A stretch of 32,000 nt of DNA from Phycisphaera mikurensis NBRC 102666 (GTDB lineage Bacteria > Planctomycetota > Phycisphaerae > Phycisphaerales > Phycisphaeraceae). The notes beneath the pieces are model-generated. The model was not told the DNA's origin, did no database searches, and was given only the letters and a program-made list of their open reading frames with translations. This document shows positions 27,902 through 32,000 of this stretch, in pieces (positions within the stretch are counted from its first letter, which is position 1; the number at the start of each line of letters is the position of its first letter). Where the stretch lies: NCBI RefSeq assembly GCF_000284115.1, contig NC_017080.1, positions 450,001-482,000 of the forward strand, given 5' to 3'. Made by a program: the position numbers and the translations under genes.

Positions 27902-28849
27902 TCAGCCCCGCCGCGTCGGCCCGGTCCGCACGGTGAACTGCGGCTTGCGGTTGACGTTGAGGTGCAGCCGCCCGAGGTACTCGCCCACGATGCCCAGGCT
28001 CAGCAGCTGGATGCCGCCGAGCACGAGCACGGCGACGATGATCGAGGCGTAGCCGGGCACGGCGATCTCCGAGAGCAGCGCCCAGAGCAGGTACCACACG
28101 CCCAGGCTCAGCCCGACCGCCGCGGCGAGCAGGCCCAGGATCGACACCGCCTGCAGCGGCAGCAGCGAGAAGTTGGTGAAGACGTTCATCGCCAGGCCCA
28201 CCAGCTTCGAGAGCGAGTAGCCGGAGCGGCCGCCGGCCCGGGCGTGATGCGGCACCTCCACCATGCCGATGCGGCGGGTGTTCCAAGCGAGCAGGCCGTC
28301 GATGTAGGTGAAGTTGAGGTCGTAGCGGACCACCGCCTCGATCAGCTCCCGCCGCACCGCCCGGAAGCTCGTCACCGAGACCGGCATCCGGAAGACCACG
28401 CGGTAGAAGCCGTTCACCAGCGCCGAGCCGAGGTTCCGCCCGCCGGCGTGCCGCTTCACCTCGTACACGCCGTAGACCAGGTCGTGCCCGTCCTCGAGCA
28501 GCGTGTCGACCAGGCGGGGGACGCACTCGGGCTCGTGCTGGAGGTCGTCGTCGATCGTCACCAGCACCCGGCCGTCCGCGTGGTGGAAGCCGCACATGAG
28601 CGCGTTGTGCTGGCCGAAGTTCCGCATGAGCTGGATGATCCGGGCCTGCGGCGCCGCGGCGGCGAGCTGCTCGAGCACCTGCCAGCTGTCGTCGGGGCTC
28701 TCGTCGTCGACGAAGACGACCTCCCAGGCGTCGGCCGCGTAGCGGGCGGAGAGCGTCGCCTCCAGCCGCGTCCAAAGCTCCCGCAGGGTGTTCTGCGAGC
28801 GGTAGACCGGGACGATCACCGAGACCTCGATCGGGGGGGCGAGGCTCAA
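27902..28849 (-). CDS. Glycosyltransferase family 2, ArnC-like (polyprenyl-phosphate sugar transferase)
   Basis: EVSVIVPVYRSQNTLRELW, VVFVDDESPDDSW, VTIDDDLQHEPE, HHARAGGRSGYSLSKLVGLAMNVFTNFS, two C-terminal TM helices; TTG start in a TTGA overlap with the upstream stop. Confidence 0.92.
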   Translation of the reverse strand: MSLAPPIEVSVIVPVYRSQNTLRELWTRLEATLSARYAADAWEVVFVDDESPDDSWQVLEQLAAAAPQARIIQLMRNFGQHNALMCGFHHADGRVLVTIDDDLQHEPECVPRLVDTLLEDGHDLVYGVYEVKRHAGGRNLGSALVNGFYRVVFRMPVSVTSFRAVRRELIEAVVRYDLNFTYIDGLLAWNTRRIGMVEVPHHARAGGRSGYSLSKLVGLAMNVFTNFSLLPLQAVSILGLLAAAVGLSLGVWYLLWALLSEIAVPGYASIIVAVLVLGGIQLLSLGIVGEYLGRLHLNVNRKPQFTVRTGPTRRG

Positions 28850-29751
28850 GCGCCGAACCTCTGACGGAGGCGGGTGAGCGGCAGGGCGGGGCTGCCGTCG
28901 CCGAAGGTCATGTGCTCGATCCGCAGCAGCCCCGCGCCGCAGACGACCTCGGGCTCGCCGCCGGAACCGAGGCTCCAGAGCTTGCCCGGCTGCCGGAGCG
29001 CGAAGCGGACCTCCGGCAGCACGGCCGCCCGGTGAATGACGACGGCGCGGCCGCCCAGCGTCGACCGGGCTCCCGGGTAGGGGTCGCCGAGCGCGCGGAC
29101 GGCCCGCTCGATCGCGGCCGCATCCAGCGACCAGTCGATCCGGTAATCCGCGTCGTCGCGCCAGAGGCTGAAGGTCGCGGCGTCCTCGTCCTGGGGCACC
29201 GGATCGCCGAACTCGCCGGCGAGCAGCGCCCGCGCACCCTCGACGTAGAGCGGGACGACCTTGTCGATGAGATCGGCGATCGTGTCCCGCGGGCCGATGC
29301 CCACGGCGGCCTGCCAGTACACCCCGCCGGCATCGACGCGGTCGCAGGCCCGCAGGAAGGTGACGCCGGTCCGCGTCTCGCCGGTGAGCAGCGCCGTGGG
29401 CAGCGGAGCGAAGCCGCGGAGCTTCGGCAGCAGCGAGTCGTGCGCGACGATCACGTCGCCGCCGACGGCATCGGCCGTGGCCGCGTCGACGAGGTACCTC
29501 CAGCCGACGCACAGGATGCGCTCGATGCCGTGCTCGGCCACGACGCCCAGCGGGTCCTCCCGCCAGCGGGCGAGCGGAATCACCGGGATGCCCCGCGCTC
29601 CGGCGGCCCGGTGGATGTCCGCGTCGAAGGCGTGGACCACGCCGGTCTCGTGGAAGGTGCACACCGCGAGCCGGTCGGCGTCGGCCCGGCGGAGCGACTC
29701 CGCGACGGCGAGCCCTTTCCGGGTGGCGAGACAGAGAAGCGTTCGGGGCAT
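28846..29751 (-). CDS. Formyltransferase (methionyl-tRNA formyltransferase-like; probable sugar N-formyltransferase)
   Basis: HDSLLPKLRGFAPLPTALLTGETRTGVTFLRACDRVDAGGVYWQ; DYRIDWSLDAAAIERAVRALGDPYPGA. Confidence 0.88.
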   Translation of the reverse strand: MPRTLLCLATRKGLAVAESLRRADADRLAVCTFHETGVVHAFDADIHRAAGARGIPVIPLARWREDPLGVVAEHGIERILCVGWRYLVDAATADAVGGDVIVAHDSLLPKLRGFAPLPTALLTGETRTGVTFLRACDRVDAGGVYWQAAVGIGPRDTIADLIDKVVPLYVEGARALLAGEFGDPVPQDEDAATFSLWRDDADYRIDWSLDAAAIERAVRALGDPYPGARSTLGGRAVVIHRAAVLPEVRFALRQPGKLWSLGSGGEPEVVCGAGLLRIEHMTFGDGSPALPLTRLRQRFGA

Positions 29752-29900
29752 CGGCGGCGGACGGGCTGCGTGCGGCGCAGCGCGCGCCGCAGCGTACGGA
29801 GCCGGGACGCTGCGGGTATGCCGTAACTTCGGGGCGTGATCCACCCGCCGCACGAAAGAACCCGGGGCAGACGGTCGCGACCGCGACGGGGCGGGTCCCG

Positions 29901-30806
29901 GTGAAGGGCATCCTCCTCGCCGGCGGCCACGGCACGCGGCTCGCGCCGCTGACCGGGGCGATCAGCAAGCAGCTGCTGCCGGTCTACAACAAGCCGATGA
30001 TCTACTACCCGCTCAGCGTGCTGATGCTCGCGGGCGTGCGGGAGGTCATGGTGATCTCCACGCCCACGCACCTCCCGCTCTTCGGGCAGGTCCTCGGCGA
30101 CGGCTCCGCGTGGGGCATGCGCTTCCACTTCGTGGAGCAGGCCGAGCCGCGCGGCCTGGCCCAGGCCTTCACGCTGGACCCCGGCTTCCACGGCACCGAG
30201 CCGGCCTGCCTGATCCTCGGCGACAACCTCATCTACGGCAGCGGGCTGGCGCGGACGCTGGCGTCCGCGGCCGCCGCCGCCCGGCGGCCCGGCGGCGGGG
30301 CGGCGATCTTCGGCTACCCCGTGCGCGACCCGCGGGCCTACGGCGTGGTCGAGGTCGACGGCGGCGGCCGGGCGGTCAGCCTCGAGGAGAAGCCGGCGCG
30401 GCCGCGCGGGCACCTCGCGGTGCCGGGGCTCTACTTCTACGACGGCTCCGCGGGCGAGCGGGCCGCGGCGCTGGCGCCCTCTCCGCGCGGCGAGCTGGAG
30501 ATCACCGACCTGAACCGCACGTACCTCGACGACGGCTTGCTGAGCGTCGAGCGGTGGGGCCGGGGCATGGCCTGGCTGGACGCGGGCACGCACGAGTCGC
30601 TGCTGGAGGCGCAGAACTTCGTGCGGACGGTGGAGCAGCGGCAGGGCACGATGATCGGCTGCCCCGAGGAGATCGCGCTGCGGAGCGGCTGGATCGGCGC
30701 GGACGACGTGCTCCGCGTCGCCGACGCGATGGGCGACAACCGCTACGCGTCGTACCTCCGCTGGGTGGCCGGGCCCCGGGACGGACCGGCCGAGGCGTGG
30801 GCATGA
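29901..30806 (+). CDS. rfbA: Glucose-1-phosphate thymidylyltransferase
   Basis: KGILLAGGHGTRLAPLTGAISKQLLPVYNKPMIYYPLSVLMLAGVREVMVIS, LILGDNLIYG, GRGMAWLDAGTHESLLEAQNFVRTVEQRQG; GTG start. Confidence 0.97.
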   Translation: MKGILLAGGHGTRLAPLTGAISKQLLPVYNKPMIYYPLSVLMLAGVREVMVISTPTHLPLFGQVLGDGSAWGMRFHFVEQAEPRGLAQAFTLDPGFHGTEPACLILGDNLIYGSGLARTLASAAAAARRPGGGAAIFGYPVRDPRAYGVVEVDGGGRAVSLEEKPARPRGHLAVPGLYFYDGSAGERAAALAPSPRGELEITDLNRTYLDDGLLSVERWGRGMAWLDAGTHESLLEAQNFVRTVEQRQGTMIGCPEEIALRSGWIGADDVLRVADAMGDNRYASYLRWVAGPRDGPAEAWA

Positions 30807-30831
30807 GCCGGCTCCGGGCGAGGCCGAGCCG

Positions 30832-31713
30832 GTGATGCCCTGGCGCCCCGGCTTCCCGAACCGGCGCAAGCCGCTGGGCTACCTGCGCCTGCTCCGGGCC
30901 CGGCACCGCTTCCACGACCGGGTGCGGCCGGGCTTCCGCCCCGGCTCGCCGCGCCCGCGTCTGGTCGACGTGACCGGCGACAAGGCGCGGCTCGCGGCGC
31001 TGCGCGACCGCCACGCCGGCCGGCGCTGCTTCGTCCTCGGCAACGGCCCGAGCCTCGCGGCGATGGACCCGGCGCCGCTGCGCGACGAGGTGACGATCGG
31101 CAGCAACGGCCTCTACACCCGCTTCGCCTCGTGGGGGTTCGCCACCGATTACCTGCTCTTCGAGGACCTCGAGCAGACCGAGCTGCGCGGGCCCGACCTG
31201 CCGGGGATCCGCGGGCCCCTGAAGCTCGCGGGCCTGCACAACGCGTACGCCTTCCGGGCCGACCGCGACACGGTGTTCTTCAACGCCCGGCCCGGCGACC
31301 GCTTCTACTGGGACCACCTCGCGCCGATGTTCAGCCGGGACTTCGCGGAGATCGTCTACCTCAACTCGACCGTGACGACGATCGGGCTGCAGCTGGCCTA
31401 CCACCTCGGCTGCGACCCCGTCGTGCTCTTGGGCGTCGATCACGACTACGGCCGGCTGCCCGCGCTCTTCAAGCCCGGAAAGATCCGCGTCACGGCGGAC
31501 AACCTCGACCTGGTCCGCGGCTGCCACTTCGACCCGGGCTACTACAAGCTCGGCGACCTGATCGGCGTGCCCGACGTCGGGCTGCAGGAGCGGGGCTACC
31601 GGGAGGCCCGGCGGGTCTTCGAGCGGGACGGCCGGCGGGTGCTCAACGCGACCGCGGGCGGGAAGCTGGAGGTTTTCGAGCGTGTGAGCCTCGCGGAGGT
31701 CTGGACCCTGTGA
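30832..31713 (+). CDS. GNGPSL-motif protein (DUF115/MptE-like or Cst-type sialyltransferase-like fold)
   Basis: RCFVLGNGPSLAAMDPAPLRDEVTIGSNGLYTRF ... GCDPVVLLGVDHDYG; starts GTG 30832 or ATG 30835. Confidence 0.75.
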   Translation: MMPWRPGFPNRRKPLGYLRLLRARHRFHDRVRPGFRPGSPRPRLVDVTGDKARLAALRDRHAGRRCFVLGNGPSLAAMDPAPLRDEVTIGSNGLYTRFASWGFATDYLLFEDLEQTELRGPDLPGIRGPLKLAGLHNAYAFRADRDTVFFNARPGDRFYWDHLAPMFSRDFAEIVYLNSTVTTIGLQLAYHLGCDPVVLLGVDHDYGRLPALFKPGKIRVTADNLDLVRGCHFDPGYYKLGDLIGVPDVGLQERGYREARRVFERDGRRVLNATAGGKLEVFERVSLAEVWTL

Positions 31714-32000
31714 ACGGGTCGCGCCCCCCGCGCGTGCTGCTGATCTCGCACGCGGCCGACCGCACCGGTGCGCCCCGCAGCTTGCTGGAGTTGCTCGGGT
31801 TCTTCTGCGTCCACACCGCGTGGGACCTGCGCGTGCTGCTGATCGAGACCGGTCCGCTCGCCCCGGCCTTCGCCGCGCTCGCTCCCACCGAGCTCCTTCA
31901 CCCGCCGCGGACCGCGGGCGGGAAAGCGCGCTCGGCCGCGCGGTCCGCGGCGTGGGCGGCGGGGTCGGGTCACCCGCGGCGGGCTTGGAAGCTGGCGACG
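31710..32000 (+). CDS. Glycosyltransferase (GT4-type) N-terminus, truncated by window end
   Basis: VNGSRPPRVLLISHAADRTGAPRSLLELLGFFCVHTAWDLRVLLIETGPL; GTGA overlap with upstream stop. Confidence 0.7.
   Translation, partial: MNGSRPPRVLLISHAADRTGAPRSLLELLGFFCVHTAWDLRVLLIETGPLAPAFAALAPTELLHPPRTAGGKARSAARSAAWAAGSGHPRRAWKLAT
31905..31950. repeat. 46-bp palindromic element, copy 5 (inside last, truncated glycosyltransferase gene)
   Basis: CCGCGGACCGCGG GCGGGAAAGCGCGCTCGGCC GCGCGGTCCGCGG; 12/13 arm match, 20-nt spacer. Confidence 0.85.

Overview
High-GC window (roughly 70-75% G+C by eye). It looks like a bacterial chromosomal surface-polysaccharide locus; the gene content would fit a planctomycete/Phycisphaerae-like organism, but that is only my inference. 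About 23 CDSs are supported. They include a GT2 C-terminus, a TatD-like hydrolase, a GlpD-like FAD dehydrogenase, several glycosyltransferases, an NAD-dependent epimerase, a hexapeptide acyltransferase, RNase D, an MqnD-like protein and a PlsC-like acyltransferase. Also present are RmlC/RmlD/RmlB with RmlA 16 kb away, a class I DAHP synthase, a Gfo/Idh/MocA oxidoreductase and a Wzm/Wzt-type exporter. Two paralogous membrane proteins lie head-to-head, and a DegT aminotransferase, a formyltransferase and an ArnC-like GT2 sit next to each other. Two non-genic signals stand out. (1) A dispersed 46-bp palindromic element, CCGCGGACCGCGG-N20-NNGCGGTCCGCGG, occurs at least 5 times with an invariant 20-nt spacer. 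It lies inside or at the edge of protein-coding genes in different reading frames, once at a fused-domain linker and once containing a stop codon. It is reminiscent of Rickettsia palindromic elements. (2) A tandem array of exact 139-bp units, plus one 102-bp unit, lies between two convergent genes. Each 139-bp unit carries a 52-nt hairpin whose arms are themselves palindromes. No rRNA, tRNA, CRISPR or transposase gene was recognised.
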